Program-made: the position numbers and the translations under genes
Assembly: GCA_963675525.2 (NCBI GenBank)
Contig: CAXXSL010000013.1
Coordinates: forward strand, 160,001 to 224,000
Reading direction: 5' to 3'
From: Anaerohalosphaeraceae bacterium
GTDB lineage: Bacteria; Planctomycetota; Phycisphaerae; Sedimentisphaerales; Anaerohalosphaeraceae
DNA length: 64,000 bases
Notes under the pieces: generated by a model
The model's input: only the letters and a program-made list of their open reading frames with translations
Databases searched by the model: none
Told to the model about the DNA's origin: nothing
Shown here: positions 31,360-43,039 of the stretch, piece by piece
Layout of the letters: each line of letters opens with the position of its first letter
How positions within the stretch are numbered: the first letter of the stretch is position 1

Positions 31360-32667
31360 ATGGACTTAAAAAAAGAGCTGAACAAACGAATTCTACTGGT
31401 AGATGACGAACCGAAGATCCTTGAAGAACTGCAGAAAGTTCTCGTGCCGGCCGAAACAAACGGCAAGGAACTGCAGGAGTTGCAGGGTCGGCTGTTCGGG
31501 GAATCCGCCTCATCCGGCACCGCAAAGGCAACCTATGATGTACACTGCTGCCGGCAGGGAGATGAGGCACTGGAAGTCGTTCGGCAGGCTCAGGAAAACA
31601 ATGAGCCGTTTGCCGTGGCGTTTATGGATGTTCGAATGCCGCCGGGACCGGATGGCGTCTGGACCGCCGAACATATAAGAGAAATCGACCCGAATATACA
31701 AATCGTCATGATGACGGGCTATTCGGATTTTGACATCAGCGAGATCGCCAAACGGGTACCGCCCGAAGATAAACTCCTGTATGTCCAGAAACCGATTCAC
31801 ACACAGGAAATCCGCCAGTTCGCGCTGGCGCTGACCGCCAAATGGCAGTCAGATTATCTGCTCCATATCCAGAACGCCCAACTCAAAGATGCCAATGAAA
31901 AACTGAAAAAGCTCGACCATATGAAAAGCGAATTCGTCATGACCGTATCGCATGAGTTGCGCACGCCCCTGACGATCTTTAAAAATATCATCTCGAACGC
32001 CATTGCCGGAGTCATGGGGAAAATCCCTCCCAAGCTCGAACATAATCTTAAAATGGCTGACGAAGCCGTCAATCGACTGTCCAGTATCATCAGTGATTTT
32101 CTGGATGTCTCCAAGCTCGACGTCGGGAAAATGAAACTGCATCAGGAGGTCCTCTGCGTCCAGACCGTCATGAATGAAATCGGCGAAATGGCCCGCTTCG
32201 TAACCGGCAATAAACACATCCATTTTGACGTAAATTTGCCCTCGGATGATCTTTATATCTATGCGGATATTGAAAAGATCACGCGCATCATTAACAATCT
32301 GATTGAAAACGCCGCAAAATTCGTACCCGAGGGGACCGGTGAAATCACCATGCGAGTGGAGGAAATCGGCGGCGACCGCATCGGCATCTTTGTCAAGGAT
32401 AACGGTCCCGGCATCCCCGGCGATGATAAAGAAAAAATATTCGACCAGTTCGTACAGATCGAAAAACACGTCGGTCCCGGCAAACACGGAACCGGGCTGG
32501 GTCTGTCGATCTGCCGCGAGTTGGTCCGGCTTCACTCCGGCCACATCTGGGTTGAAGACAATCCTGCAGGCGGAGCGATCTTTAAAATTCTTCTGCCTAA
32601 ATGGGATGTCCAGGAAAATCGCTACGCCGTAACGGATGTCCTTCAGGAAGAAACCGTTACCGTATAG
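31360..32667 (+). CDS. Hybrid receiver-histidine kinase
   Basis: ILLVDDE, MDVRMPPGPDG, KP; SHELRTPL, DNGPG, GTGLGL. Confidence 0.92.
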   Translation: MDLKKELNKRILLVDDEPKILEELQKVLVPAETNGKELQELQGRLFGESASSGTAKATYDVHCCRQGDEALEVVRQAQENNEPFAVAFMDVRMPPGPDGVWTAEHIREIDPNIQIVMMTGYSDFDISEIAKRVPPEDKLLYVQKPIHTQEIRQFALALTAKWQSDYLLHIQNAQLKDANEKLKKLDHMKSEFVMTVSHELRTPLTIFKNIISNAIAGVMGKIPPKLEHNLKMADEAVNRLSSIISDFLDVSKLDVGKMKLHQEVLCVQTVMNEIGEMARFVTGNKHIHFDVNLPSDDLYIYADIEKITRIINNLIENAAKFVPEGTGEITMRVEEIGGDRIGIFVKDNGPGIPGDDKEKIFDQFVQIEKHVGPGKHGTGLGLSICRELVRLHSGHIWVEDNPAGGAIFKILLPKWDVQENRYAVTDVLQEETVTV

Positions 32668-32784
32668 TTAATGCAGGATGTTGCCGGTTCCGGGCGCAAA
32701 CCGACATGACAGGCAACCCTTAATTCACCTTTAATACCCACTCCTCAATGAATCGTGCCAAAATCGGAGTTTTGCCGGGTTTTC

Positions 32785-32880
32785 TGCCATAATGGCATAT
32801 CTGCTTTGTGTTCGATAATTTTTAAGTCCTTTCAATAGAAAGAGTTAAGATTATATTTTTTGTCTGGCACGCTGATTGCA
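32785..32880 (+). promoter_or_regulatory. sigma54 promoter with upstream TGCCA-N3-TGGCA palindrome
   Basis: TGGCAC-GCTGA-TTGCA at 32865-32880; TGCCATAATGGCA at 32785-32797. Confidence 0.75.
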
Positions 32881-32948
32881 ATAATATTGAAAAGAGACAC
32901 TATAACTTTGATATTTGAGATGAACAATCAATCATAGGAGTAAAAACA

Positions 32949-34880
32949 ATGGGTAAGATCATTGGAATTGACTTGGGAACAACCAACTCAGTCGTAGCCG
33001 TCATGGAAGGCTCAGCGCCGAAGGTTCTGATCAACGCGTCCGGAGCCCGGTTGACCGCCTCCGTAGTCGGCTTCACTGAAAAAGGTGAACGCCTGGTCGG
33101 ACAAACCGCCAAACACCAGCAGGTCACGAACCCGCAAAACACCGTTTATTCAATCAAACGGTTTATGGGACGCCGCCACAAAGAAGTCAGCAGCGAAGAA
33201 AAGATCGTCCCTTACAAAATTACAGGTGGTGCTGACGAACTGGTCAAGGTCGATGTCCGAGGTAAGGAATACACCCCGCCGGAGATTTCGGCCATGATTC
33301 TGCAGGACCTGAAAAAGACCGCCGAGGATTACCTCGGCGAAACCATTGAGCAGGCGGTCATTACCGTACCGGCCTACTTTAACGATGCCCAGCGCCAAGC
33401 CACCAAGGACGCCGGCAAGATCGCAGGCCTGAAGGTTGAACGCATCATCAACGAACCGACTGCCGCGGCACTGGCATACGGACTGGAAAAAAAGAAAAAC
33501 GAAAAAGTCGCCGTATTTGACTTCGGCGGCGGCACATTCGATATCTCGATCCTCGATATCGGCGATAACGTCTTTGAAGTACTCAGCACCAACGGCGATA
33601 CACATCTCGGCGGTGACGACCTCGACGAATTGCTGATGAACTACCTGGCCGATGAATTCAAAAAGACCGAAGGCATCGACCTGCGGACCGATCCGATGGC
33701 GCATCAGCGGCTGAAAGAGGCCGCTGAAAAGGCCAAATGTGAACTGAGCACGCAGGTCGAAACAGCCGTGAACCTGCCGTTTATCACAGCGGATGCTTCG
33801 GGCCCCAAACACCTGAATATCACCATTACTCGCAGCAAATTCGAGGCACTGGCCGAGCCGATCTTCGAGCGTCTGCGTCAGCCCTGCCTGAAAGCCATTC
33901 AGGACGCAAAGCTGAGTACCAGCCAAATCGCGGAAGTCCTGATGGTCGGCGGTTCAACCCGTATCCCGATGGTCCAGCAGATTGCCCAGGAGATCTTCGC
34001 TAAGGCCCCAAACAGAAGCATCAACCCGGACGAAGTGGTTGCAATGGGTGCAGCGGTTCAGGGCGCGGTGCTGGCAGGCGATGCCGGCGTCAAAGACATT
34101 CTGCTGTTGGACGTAACCCCCCTGTCGCTCGGTGTCGAGACACTGGGCGGCGTCTTAACCAAACTGATCGAACGCAACACCACGATCCCAACCAGCAAAA
34201 AGGAAGTCTTCTCGACCGCTGCCGACAGCCAGACCAGCGTGGATATCCACGTCCTGCAGGGCGAACGGGAATTTGCCCGCGACAACCGCACACTGGGCCG
34301 GTTCCAGTTAACGGATATCCCGCCCGCTCCGCGCGGTATGCCGCAGATTGAAGTCACATTCGACATTGACGCCAATGGCATTCTGAACGTCTCTGCCAAA
34401 GACCTTGGCACCGGAAAGGAACAGTCTATCAAAATTCAGTCCAGTTCGGGCCTAAGCGAAGACGAAGTCGAAAAGATGCAGAAAGACGCCGAGGCACACG
34501 CCGAAGAAGACAAAAAGCGTCGTGAGGTCGTCGATCTGAAAAACCAGGCCGACCAATTGGTCTATTCGACCGAAAAAACCCTCAAAGAGCACGGCGAAAA
34601 GGTTTCCGCCGAGATTCGCGGAAACATTGAAAGTGCCCTGAACAATCTCAAGGAAGCCGCTAAAGGGGACGACGGCGAAGCCATCAAACGAACGATGGAG
34701 AAACTGGGAGAAGCCTCTCAGGAACTGGGTAAAGTTCTCTATGAAGAAGCTGCCAAACAGCAGGCCGCACCGGGTGGTGCAGCACCGGAAACCGATCCCG
34801 GCCAGGCACCCGAAGGCGAGGTCCGCAGAAAAGGCGATGATGATGTGATTGACGCGGAATTTGAAGCAAAAGACAGCTAA
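32949..34880 (+). CDS. dnaK: Chaperone DnaK
   Basis: [17 protein letters not shown], full-length Hsp70. Confidence 0.99.
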   Translation: MGKIIGIDLGTTNSVVAVMEGSAPKVLINASGARLTASVVGFTEKGERLVGQTAKHQQVTNPQNTVYSIKRFMGRRHKEVSSEEKIVPYKITGGADELVKVDVRGKEYTPPEISAMILQDLKKTAEDYLGETIEQAVITVPAYFNDAQRQATKDAGKIAGLKVERIINEPTAAALAYGLEKKKNEKVAVFDFGGGTFDISILDIGDNVFEVLSTNGDTHLGGDDLDELLMNYLADEFKKTEGIDLRTDPMAHQRLKEAAEKAKCELSTQVETAVNLPFITADASGPKHLNITITRSKFEALAEPIFERLRQPCLKAIQDAKLSTSQIAEVLMVGGSTRIPMVQQIAQEIFAKAPNRSINPDEVVAMGAAVQGAVLAGDAGVKDILLLDVTPLSLGVETLGGVLTKLIERNTTIPTSKKEVFSTAADSQTSVDIHVLQGEREFARDNRTLGRFQLTDIPPAPRGMPQIEVTFDIDANGILNVSAKDLGTGKEQSIKIQSSSGLSEDEVEKMQKDAEAHAEEDKKRREVVDLKNQADQLVYSTEKTLKEHGEKVSAEIRGNIESALNNLKEAAKGDDGEAIKRTMEKLGEASQELGKVLYEEAAKQQAAPGGAAPETDPGQAPEGEVRRKGDDDVIDAEFEAKDS

Positions 34881-34922
34881 GATTTGATTTCCTAATTCTG
34901 CTGCCAGTTTTACTCTGTTTTG

Positions 34923-34959
34923 AAGAGAGCCCCGTTTTACTATGGGGCTCTTTCTTTTT
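34923..34959 (+). terminator. Intrinsic terminator after dnaK
   Basis: AGAGCCCC...GGGGCTCT followed by a T-rich run. Confidence 0.75.
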
Positions 34960-35112
34960 GTACAACTCTCGATCAAGATCGCTCTTATTCTGACAAAATA
35001 AATCTTATAATTTTTCACTTCCGACCGATAAAATGTCCGCTCTTTTGTTGACTTCCAACGTATAATGATGTTAAAGTGAACAAGTGAAAACCCCTTTTCA
35101 AGGAACAGAATT

Positions 35113-35490
35113 ATGGATTCAGGGACGATTAGTCTGAAAAAATCCGAAAATGGGTCGATGCGTCTTTATGTTTTCTCCCCCTCAAAGCACGACAGGCTCT
35201 ATCAACTCCAAATGGAAACCCTCTCCGACCGCCTGCCAACCCTGACCGACCACCAGATCACCATTGCCGAAGTCTTTGAGCATGAAACCGGACACATCGG
35301 CGAAGACGAACTGGGCGGAGAAAACTGCCATGGACTCCGGCAGCAGTTTCATATCATGCCCGGCCAGTTCAAAGTGGTTCTCGTCAGCGATTCGGCCGTC
35401 AAACTCAGTGCCGAGTCATGCATCTCTTGCGAAGAAGTCATCATGCGCATCGAAAACGAACCGCTCGAAACAAGATTTTCAGGCTTCTAA
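35113..35490 (+). CDS. DUF4174-like small protein
   Basis: RLYVFSP....YQLQ; LRQQF....GQFKVVLV. Confidence 0.6.
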   Translation: MDSGTISLKKSENGSMRLYVFSPSKHDRLYQLQMETLSDRLPTLTDHQITIAEVFEHETGHIGEDELGGENCHGLRQQFHIMPGQFKVVLVSDSAVKLSAESCISCEEVIMRIENEPLETRFSGF

Positions 35491-35728
35491 ACAAACTGTT
35501 TTGTCCTGTTGTATTACAAGCAAAACAGCGGTGTGGTAGTGTCGTTCCTTATAATTCAAGACGCTATATGGCAACAATAATCCAGGTCGTTCACGCTATT
35601 GTATCAACAATCCCTGCAAAACCCAAAACTCAGTACTATTCTCGATAATTATTTTTGGAATTGTAACATTCGAACGTTTGTGGTAGAATCCCCGAAATTC
35701 AGAGATTAACCTATTCAGGAGATAGATT

Positions 35729-35986
35729 ATGTGTGATAGTTGTGGGTGTGGGGAAAAAAGCTTTGAAGCCAAGGTCGCCGAAGTCATTGAATCCATCCGT
35801 CCGATGCTGCAGAATGACGGGGGAGACATTGAACTGGTCGGTGTTGACGAGGATAAAACCGTTCGTGTTCGCCTGCAGGGAGCCTGCAAAGGCTGCCCCG
35901 GTGCTGCGATGACGCTGAAGATGGGCGTCGAGCGCATGCTCAAACAACACATCAGCGATGTCAAAGAAGTAGTGGCAGTGAATTAG
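35729..35986 (+). CDS. NifU C-terminal (NfuA-like) Fe-S scaffold protein
   Basis: IRPMLQNDGGDIEL, LQGACKGCP. Confidence 0.92.
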   Translation: MCDSCGCGEKSFEAKVAEVIESIRPMLQNDGGDIELVGVDEDKTVRVRLQGACKGCPGAAMTLKMGVERMLKQHISDVKEVVAVN

Positions 35987-36089
35987 TCTGACACGAGCGA
36001 GGCAGATTCAGCACAAATCACAAATATGTGTCCAATCTATATACATAATACTATCTATGCAAATAACTGTAGGAAATAATTTGTAGATT

Positions 36090-37817
36090 GTGTTATCAGT
36101 TCACGGAGGTTTTTTGACGCGTTCCGTATCTCATAAAAAAGTAAAAAAGGAAGACACGGTTGCTCCCCCTGAAATACGGGGCCGGTTGTTCACTCGAAAA
36201 GATGCTTTACTCATTTTGATCGTCGTATTAATAAGTTTGACACTCAATTTGATAGGGTTCGGATGGGGGATGGATGGACAGGTACCCTGGGAACCCGACG
36301 CAATAGAAGGTATTACAACCGTTCGAGAAATGCCAAAGTTATTTGATAAATGGACTTATAAATACCCGCGCATGCAGTTTTTGATTGACGGACTTTGTTA
36401 TAAGCCCTGGATCAAACATTGGGAAAAGAACCCTGTCTATGCGCAAAATAACGGCCGCCAACAAAAGCAGATCTTTACTTTGGAGAGATTAAATGTATTA
36501 GCCGCAATATCAAGAATCAATACTCTGCTGATGTCCATTATTATCGTTATATTTATCTATCTGATCGCCAAATTTTATTATGCCGACTCACTCTCTGCCT
36601 TTTTTGCTTCATTGTCCCTTGCTGTCTGTTTCCTGTTCGTTTATTACAGCCACATGACATGTGTTGACATTCCCTCGATGCTGTGGATCACCCTGGGGGT
36701 TTATTATCTAATCAGAAGCGTCTATCTGAACAAGATATTCGACCATGTTCTCATGGCACTGTTTTTCGCTTTTGCATCCTGCACCAAGGACGCAATGCTT
36801 TTTTATGCCGTTGCCTTTGCAATAGCTTATGCGGGAATGCAACTGCATCGCCTTCACGAGCAGGGAACCTCTTTGAGCAGGTCTCTATATTCGATCGTCA
36901 ACAGAAATACGGTACTGGCGATTATCATGTTTTTGTTTATTTTTGCGCTATTACAAAATATAGTTATTTCTCCAAAGGCCTACTGGGAGCGTATGGGCGT
37001 CTGGATCGGAGGACGCGGGGTTAAGGATTTTAACCAAAACTTCAAAGGGCAGTGGCATCTTCTCTGGACGACGTTAAAGATGTTTTATGCGACAATCGGC
37101 TGGCCTTTAATTGCGTTGATGCTGATCTCCCTGGTCTACACGATTCGAAAACATCGTTTTTTTAACGTATTGATCATCCTGTTTCCGCTGGCCTTTTTTT
37201 ATATCTTCGTTTCGATGCGGATCAAGATGTCGTTTATACGATATTATCTGCCGGTGATGGGATTGTTGTTTCTTCCGGCCGGAGCAATGATTTCTGACAT
37301 CCTTGCCATTGAAAAGAAACGATTATCCAGAGTTTTAATATCACTCGTGTCGGTCGTTTTCGTTTTATCATTCCTTTTTTGCATTGCACTGGATTTCGAA
37401 TTGATCAATGACTCCAGAAATCTGACCGCGGATTGGTTTAAAGCCAATGTTAGCAAAAACACACCGGTTCTTTCGCTAATCAAACGACCTTACGGTCCAA
37501 ATCTGGAAAAGCATGGATATCCGATGATTGAAAATTGGAATGTCCCGTCCCTGGGGATATTGCTTCAAAACAAGGAACGTCTTCCAAATTATCTGGTCCT
37601 ATCCAACAATTGGTCCACGATCAACTCAAAAGAAGCAATGGAATTCAGAAATGCGCTGCTTAAAGATGAAGGCGGGTATTTAAAAGTCGCTCAATTCAGC
37701 AGCAAAGGTTATCTGAATCCTCGGAAAAACTTCTTGTCTGTTGCTTGCTGGCCGCTGAAATCGTATCTCGGTATCAGTCCGGCAACGATGGTCTACAAAA
37801 AAGATTCGCAACCGTAG
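36090..37817 (+). CDS. GT-C fold glycosyltransferase (ArnT/PMT-like)
   Basis: Multi-TM; WEPD, YYSH...DIP, RYYLP motifs. Confidence 0.75.
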   Translation: MLSVHGGFLTRSVSHKKVKKEDTVAPPEIRGRLFTRKDALLILIVVLISLTLNLIGFGWGMDGQVPWEPDAIEGITTVREMPKLFDKWTYKYPRMQFLIDGLCYKPWIKHWEKNPVYAQNNGRQQKQIFTLERLNVLAAISRINTLLMSIIIVIFIYLIAKFYYADSLSAFFASLSLAVCFLFVYYSHMTCVDIPSMLWITLGVYYLIRSVYLNKIFDHVLMALFFAFASCTKDAMLFYAVAFAIAYAGMQLHRLHEQGTSLSRSLYSIVNRNTVLAIIMFLFIFALLQNIVISPKAYWERMGVWIGGRGVKDFNQNFKGQWHLLWTTLKMFYATIGWPLIALMLISLVYTIRKHRFFNVLIILFPLAFFYIFVSMRIKMSFIRYYLPVMGLLFLPAGAMISDILAIEKKRLSRVLISLVSVVFVLSFLFCIALDFELINDSRNLTADWFKANVSKNTPVLSLIKRPYGPNLEKHGYPMIENWNVPSLGILLQNKERLPNYLVLSNNWSTINSKEAMEFRNALLKDEGGYLKVAQFSSKGYLNPRKNFLSVACWPLKSYLGISPATMVYKKDSQP

Positions 37818-37827
37818 ATGGCCGGTT

Positions 37828-38892
37828 CTAATTACTCAATATCGACAGGATTGTTTCTCTGTTCGGCCGCTCGATGACTCCCTTTTCGGTAATGATCGCG
37901 GTAATATTTTCGGCCCCGGTCACATCGAAGGCCGGATTGTAGACATTGATCCCCTCCGGGGCGACGATCGCTTGTCCAAAAGCACGGACCTCATCGGCAC
38001 TGCGTTCTTCTATGGGGATTTGGGTGCCGTTTTCAATCGACAGATCGAATGTGCTGGACGGAGCCGCAATATAAAATGGGATACCGTAGTGTTTGGCCAG
38101 GATACTCAGTCCCAGCGTGCCGATCTTATTGGCCGCATCCCCGTTGGCGGCGATGCGGTCGGCTCCGGTGATGACCGTATCGATCTTGCCCTGTTGCATC
38201 AGCGAGGCGGCCATATTGTCGCAAATCAGAACCGCATTGATCCCGGCTTGGGTCAGTTCCCACGCCGTCAGCCGTGCTCCCTGCAGCAAGGGGCGGGTTT
38301 CATCAACATACACCCTGAATCGTTTGCCGTCTTTATGAGCGACATACATCGGCGCCAGTGCCGTTCCCATCCCCGCCGTGGCCAGCGCTCCGGCGTTACA
38401 ATGCGTCAGCACCGCCCCGCCATCCGGAATCAACGGCGCGCCGTTTTGACCGATGGCCTCGCACATCGCCTTGTCTTCGGCACAGATCGCATGGGCTTCT
38501 TCGAGCAGGCACTGCTTAAGGGATTCAACGGTCCTGTCGGGATCTTGACCAACAAACGCTTCGGCTTTTCGCCGCATACGATCCAGAGCCCAGAACAGAT
38601 TCACTGCCGTAGGTCGACTTGTGCCCAGGTAGTCACATGCCTTGCCGATTGTTTCAAGCGATTTTGAAAGGGACAACTCCGGTGACATTTGCTGTGCGGC
38701 AATACATACCCCATACCCTGCGGCCACACCAATAGCCGGGGCACCGCGAACAGCGAGGGTCTGTATCGCTTCAAAGAGCTGCTCCGGCGTGGTGCATTGA
38801 ACTGTTTGAAACTGACCGGGGAGCAACCGCTGATCGATCAGTTCCAGACAACCGTCCGTGCCGCCAATCCATTTGAGTGTATCAAACTGCAT
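37828..38892 (-). CDS. mtnA: S-methyl-5-thioribose-1-phosphate isomerase
   Basis: VRGAPAIG, RPTAVNL, THCNAGALAT, ETRPLLQGARLT, NPAFDVT. Confidence 0.96.
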   Translation of the reverse strand: MQFDTLKWIGGTDGCLELIDQRLLPGQFQTVQCTTPEQLFEAIQTLAVRGAPAIGVAAGYGVCIAAQQMSPELSLSKSLETIGKACDYLGTSRPTAVNLFWALDRMRRKAEAFVGQDPDRTVESLKQCLLEEAHAICAEDKAMCEAIGQNGAPLIPDGGAVLTHCNAGALATAGMGTALAPMYVAHKDGKRFRVYVDETRPLLQGARLTAWELTQAGINAVLICDNMAASLMQQGKIDTVITGADRIAANGDAANKIGTLGLSILAKHYGIPFYIAAPSSTFDLSIENGTQIPIEERSADEVRAFGQAIVAPEGINVYNPAFDVTGAENITAIITEKGVIERPNRETILSILSN

Positions 38893-39004
38893 ATAACACC
38901 CCGAATCATCTGAATTATTTCACGTAATGTTCTGATATTGAATGTATTATGCGAAAGATTCCATGAAAATCAAGGATCGAGATGCTTTCAATCCAAATAT
39001 ACCC

Positions 39005-40533
39005 TTAATATTTTCTGTCCAGACGGCGGTACTGGATCGCCTCGGCAATATGATCGGGCTGGATATGCTCCTGATTTTCAATGTCGGCAATCGTCCGGGC
39101 AACCTTGCAGATCTTATCGTGGGCACGGGCCGAAAGCGAAAACTCCATCAGCGCCTGCCGAAGTAATTGCTCGGCGCTGTCGCTGAGCTGGCAGAACTTT
39201 TCGACCTGCCGGTGAGGCATGGTCGCATTGGTTTTGGTGCTGTCGCCAAACCGCTGGAACTGTCTTTGGCGGGCCCTGTCAACATGGCCGCGTAACTGCT
39301 CCGAACCGGTACCGTTATGACCCCGACTGCGAAGTTTGCGAAACTCCACCGGCGGCACCTCGATATGGATATCGATCCGGTCCAGCAGTGGACCGGATAT
39401 CTTGGCCAGATATCGCTCGATCTGATTCGGTGTGCAGCGGCACTTTTTCGCATACGTCCCGAAGTATCCGCACGGACAGGGATTCATCGCCGCCATCATG
39501 ATAAACTGAGCCGGAAAACACAGCGTTCCTCTCGCGCGGGAGATCGTCACGGTTCCCTCCTCCAGCGGCTGACGGATCATCTCGAGCACATGACGAGGAA
39601 ACTCGGCAAACTCATCCAGGAACAGGATGCCGTGATGGGCCAGGCTCAACTCACCCGGGCGTGGATGCGTACCGCCGCCAACCAATGCCGGACCGGACGC
39701 GGTATGGTGCGGGGTTCGAACCGGCCGGGCCGCAACCAGCGCGTTACCCTTCTGCAAAAGACCGACGGACGAATAGATACGTGTCGTCTGAAGCGATTCG
39801 GACAGCGTCATTTGCGGCAGGATCGTCGCCATCCGGTGCGCCAGCATCGTTTTGCCAACTCCCGGCGGGCCGATCATCATCACATTATGCGCCCCGGCCG
39901 CGGCAATCGTTAACGCCCGCTTAACACTTTCCTGGCCCTTTACATCAGAAAAATCCACCTCGTATTCTTTCGTTCGGTCGAACAGGGCCTCGACATCGAC
40001 ACTGACCGCCTCAATATCAAGCCTCTCCGACAAAAATGCCACAGCCTGAGCCAACGAGCCGATTGCGTACACCTCAATATCCTGAACGACTGCCGCCTCC
40101 GACGCATTATCCAACGGCACCAGAATCCCCCTAAAACCATGCTTGGCCGCAGTCATCGCCATACTGAGTACCCCGTTGACGGGACGAACCCGGCCATCCA
40201 GCGCTAATTCACCGACGACCACAAAATCACCCAGTTTGTCGCTGACCATCGCCCCGGAACAGACCAGCATTCCCAATGCGATCGGCAGATCAAAAGCAGG
40301 ACCTTCTTTTTTGACATCGGCAGGTGCCAAATTGATGAGGGCTTCGGTGTCGGGATAACGAAATCCGGAATTGACGATGGCACTGCGAACACGTTCGGCA
40401 CTTTCCTTGACCGCGGCATCCGGCAGACCAACAATTGTCGCCGGTCAAAACCGCCCCGTGAAACATCTACCTCTACCTCGCAGAGAAGCCCTTCAATTCC
40501 TTCCAATGTCACCGAAAACAGCTTTGCCAGCAT
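39005..40533 (-). CDS. comM: YifB/ComM Mg-chelatase-like AAA+ ATPase (frameshift near 40440)
   Basis: N-terminus in 40204..40533, remainder in 39005..40330; GPPGVGKTM, PGELSLAH.GILFLDE, NPCPCG. Confidence 0.9.
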
Positions 40534-40678
40534 GAATCACCTCTTCTTTCGCCCTTAATACTACGTGTATGATAATCAGGATTATAGGAAACCACTCCTG
40601 ACCCGGCAAGGTTTTTTCGCGAAAATGTCCCTGCCGGATAATCCAGTGTATTAGAAAATGGAAATGTTTGGCTGCTGC

Positions 40679-41047
40679 CTACCTGTTTCTGTAATGTGCC
40701 ATGTATTGTGTGATCTTCATATTTTCATTGAGGATCAGCACCACCGCCACATAAATACCGGTCGTCGAGTCAAAGCAGACAACGATACTTTCCGCCCCGG
40801 CGAAAACCTCTCCCAAGGTAAAATGCAGGTTCGGCGAGCGCTTCAGTGCCGCCGCAAAAAATTCTCTTAATTCGTCCTTGTCCTTGATGGCATGAGAAAC
40901 CGAACCAAACAGCATCGTTAATTTAGGTGTGATATGGCAGATCGAGTCCGCGTAAAGGGCCATAATCCTGTCAATATCGTGACTGTTCCATGAATCGATC
41001 CACTCTTCAGCATACCGCTGAGCTTCTTTCGGGTCTATCATATCCAC
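40679..41047 (-). CDS. SnoaL-like (NTF2 fold) protein
   Basis: EEWIDSWNSHDIDRIMALYAD. Confidence 0.85.
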   Translation of the reverse strand: MDMIDPKEAQRYAEEWIDSWNSHDIDRIMALYADSICHITPKLTMLFGSVSHAIKDKDELREFFAAALKRSPNLHFTLGEVFAGAESIVVCFDSTTGIYVAVVLILNENMKITQYMAHYRNR

Positions 41048-41441
41048 AACTCCATAAATCGGATTTCGTGTGAGATTCCGTTCTTCATGCGACGAGACAG
41101 TATAGTCTCCTGACAGCCCGGCTTCAATGTTCGATGCCTCAAAAAGTCAAAAAATGTTCTTTTGAAGCTTATTAAACAAAAATAAGGCTTTTTTATGCGT
41201 TGATTAAGGATTGAAAATAACTAAAAATTGCCTTCACAGTACTGATATTCGCTTTTTTTAAAAAAACTTGCAAAAAAGTCTTAATTTCTAAAGTTTTTCA
41301 TTGGCATGAAACGATATTAACAGTATAATAAGCGTTGGATTTATAGCTCTTTTTCTTCTTATAGCTCTATGTGTTTCTTCGGAAGCTGGGCCTGTCAGAT
41401 CGATATTTGTGATATATTTGTTTAACGTAAGACAGCTCAGT

Positions 41442-41473
41442 AAAGCCGGTATTGCAAAATACCGGCTTTTTTT
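41442..41473 (+). terminator. Intrinsic terminator
   Basis: AAAGCCGGTATT-GCAA-AATACCGGCTTTTTTT. Confidence 0.8.
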
Positions 41474-41563
41474 CTGCGCACAGGAAGCTCTATTTCGATA
41501 TTCAGGGAACGGCCCATCCAAGATGTACACTCGCACTACAGAATATCACATGCACACTAACCG

Positions 41564-41770
41564 CTAAGAGGCAGCTTTTTTTCGTTCGGATGTAACAACC
41601 GCTGCCAAAAGGATATGACGAAGCTTTTCGACGTCCAGGCTTTTCAGGTACTCTTCTGTAAAGTCCATTCTTATCAACCCGTCAAAATGCAGCAGGCGTT
41701 CAATAATTTCAGTCTTATTTAATGAGGTTATATATGCACAATACTGTTCAAACGACAGACTCGGGGCCAT
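41564..41770 (-). CDS. Small hypothetical protein
   Basis: 68 aa, GGAG RBS, MAPSLSFEQY...DFTEEYL...LRHILLAA. Confidence 0.7.
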   Translation of the reverse strand: MAPSLSFEQYCAYITSLNKTEIIERLLHFDGLIRMDFTEEYLKSLDVEKLRHILLAAVVTSERKKAAS

Positions 41771-41964
41771 GGTTTTCCACTCCAAAATAAAATCCTGTAT
41801 CCATTGGGAGTATCGGAAATTTTCAATACGTCATTTACGTCTTTCTAAATAAAATTTAGCGAATGTTTCCAACCGCGGCCGCTCTACTTATATCTACGTT
41901 AACCGATTCTTTCGGGTCAGACATTTCCTTTGAAAACAGCCGCCAAGTCTGTTATTTTCGGGTC

Positions 41965-43017
41965 ATGAAAACAGACGACCTCAAATACGACCTGCCGGAA
42001 GAACTGATCGCCCAGTCGCCCGCCTCAAAAGCGTAAACTGTCGCGGTTGCTGGTTGTGGACCGCTCACAGGACTCGCTGTCGGACTGCCTTTTCAGCGAT
42101 CTGCCCGACTATCTCAGGAGCGGCGATTGCCTGGTGCTCAATAATACCAAGGTGCTCCCGGCTCGATTCTATGCGCAAAAGCCGACGGGCGCTCAACTTG
42201 AGGGGCTGTTCCTGGTTGAAGAGGCTCCCGGAACGTGGCAGGTGTTGTTGAAAAACTCGCGGAAGATCAGGTCCGGCGATACGCTTGAACTGCTGGACCG
42301 CCATCACAAGCCGTGGTGTGTCGGGCTGTCGCGCACAAAAGCCAAACGCCGGGACAGTGGCTGCTGCAGCCCCAAACAAAAACGGATGCATTGAGCTGCC
42401 TGGAGCAAATCGGGCTTGCTCCCCTCCCGCCATATATCAAACGCACTGCCGACGATGCGCATCTTCAGGAAGACCTGGATCGTTATCAGACCGTTTATGC
42501 CGCCCAGCCCGGCGCGGTGGCCGCGCCGACCGCGGGCCTGCATTTTGACAAAGCGATGTTGGAGCAAATTCAGCAGATGGGTGTTCGGATCGCCTATGTC
42601 ACCCTGCACGTCGGCATCGGCACCTTCCGGCCGGTGCAAACCGAAACGCTGGACGAACACCCCATGCACGAGGAACGCTACGAGATCGCCCCGGTCGCCG
42701 CCGAAACGATCAATCGGACCGTTCAGGCAGACGGACGGATCATCGCTGTCGGTACCACATCCGTCCGGACACTCGAATCGGTCGCTGCAGATCAAAGCGT
42801 CCGAGCCGAAAAAGGAAAGACAAAATTATTCATCCAGCCGGGGTATGAATACAAGATCGTCGATGCCATGGTCACCAATTTCCACCTGCCCAAATCAACC
42901 CTGCTGGCATTGGTCGGTGCTTTCGCCGGAATGGACAGAACCCAGAACGCCTACCGCCACGCCATCGAAAACAAGTACCGCTTCTACTCCTACGGTGACG
43001 CCATGCTTATCCTGTAA
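41965..43017 (+). CDS. queA: S-adenosylmethionine:tRNA ribosyltransferase-isomerase QueA (frameshifts near 42030 and 42320)
   Basis: YDLPEELIAQ, PLPPYI, YQTVYA...AAPTAGLHF, VGTTSVR, RFYSYGDAMLI spread over three frames. Confidence 0.93.
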
Positions 43018-43039
43018 TGGGTAAAAATTGTTTAAACAG

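Noticed and set aside
32745..32760. Second, minus-strand sigma54 -24 box (TGGCACG)
   Set aside because: No TTGC at -12 spacing and no gene to drive; more likely a half-site of the TGCCA palindrome
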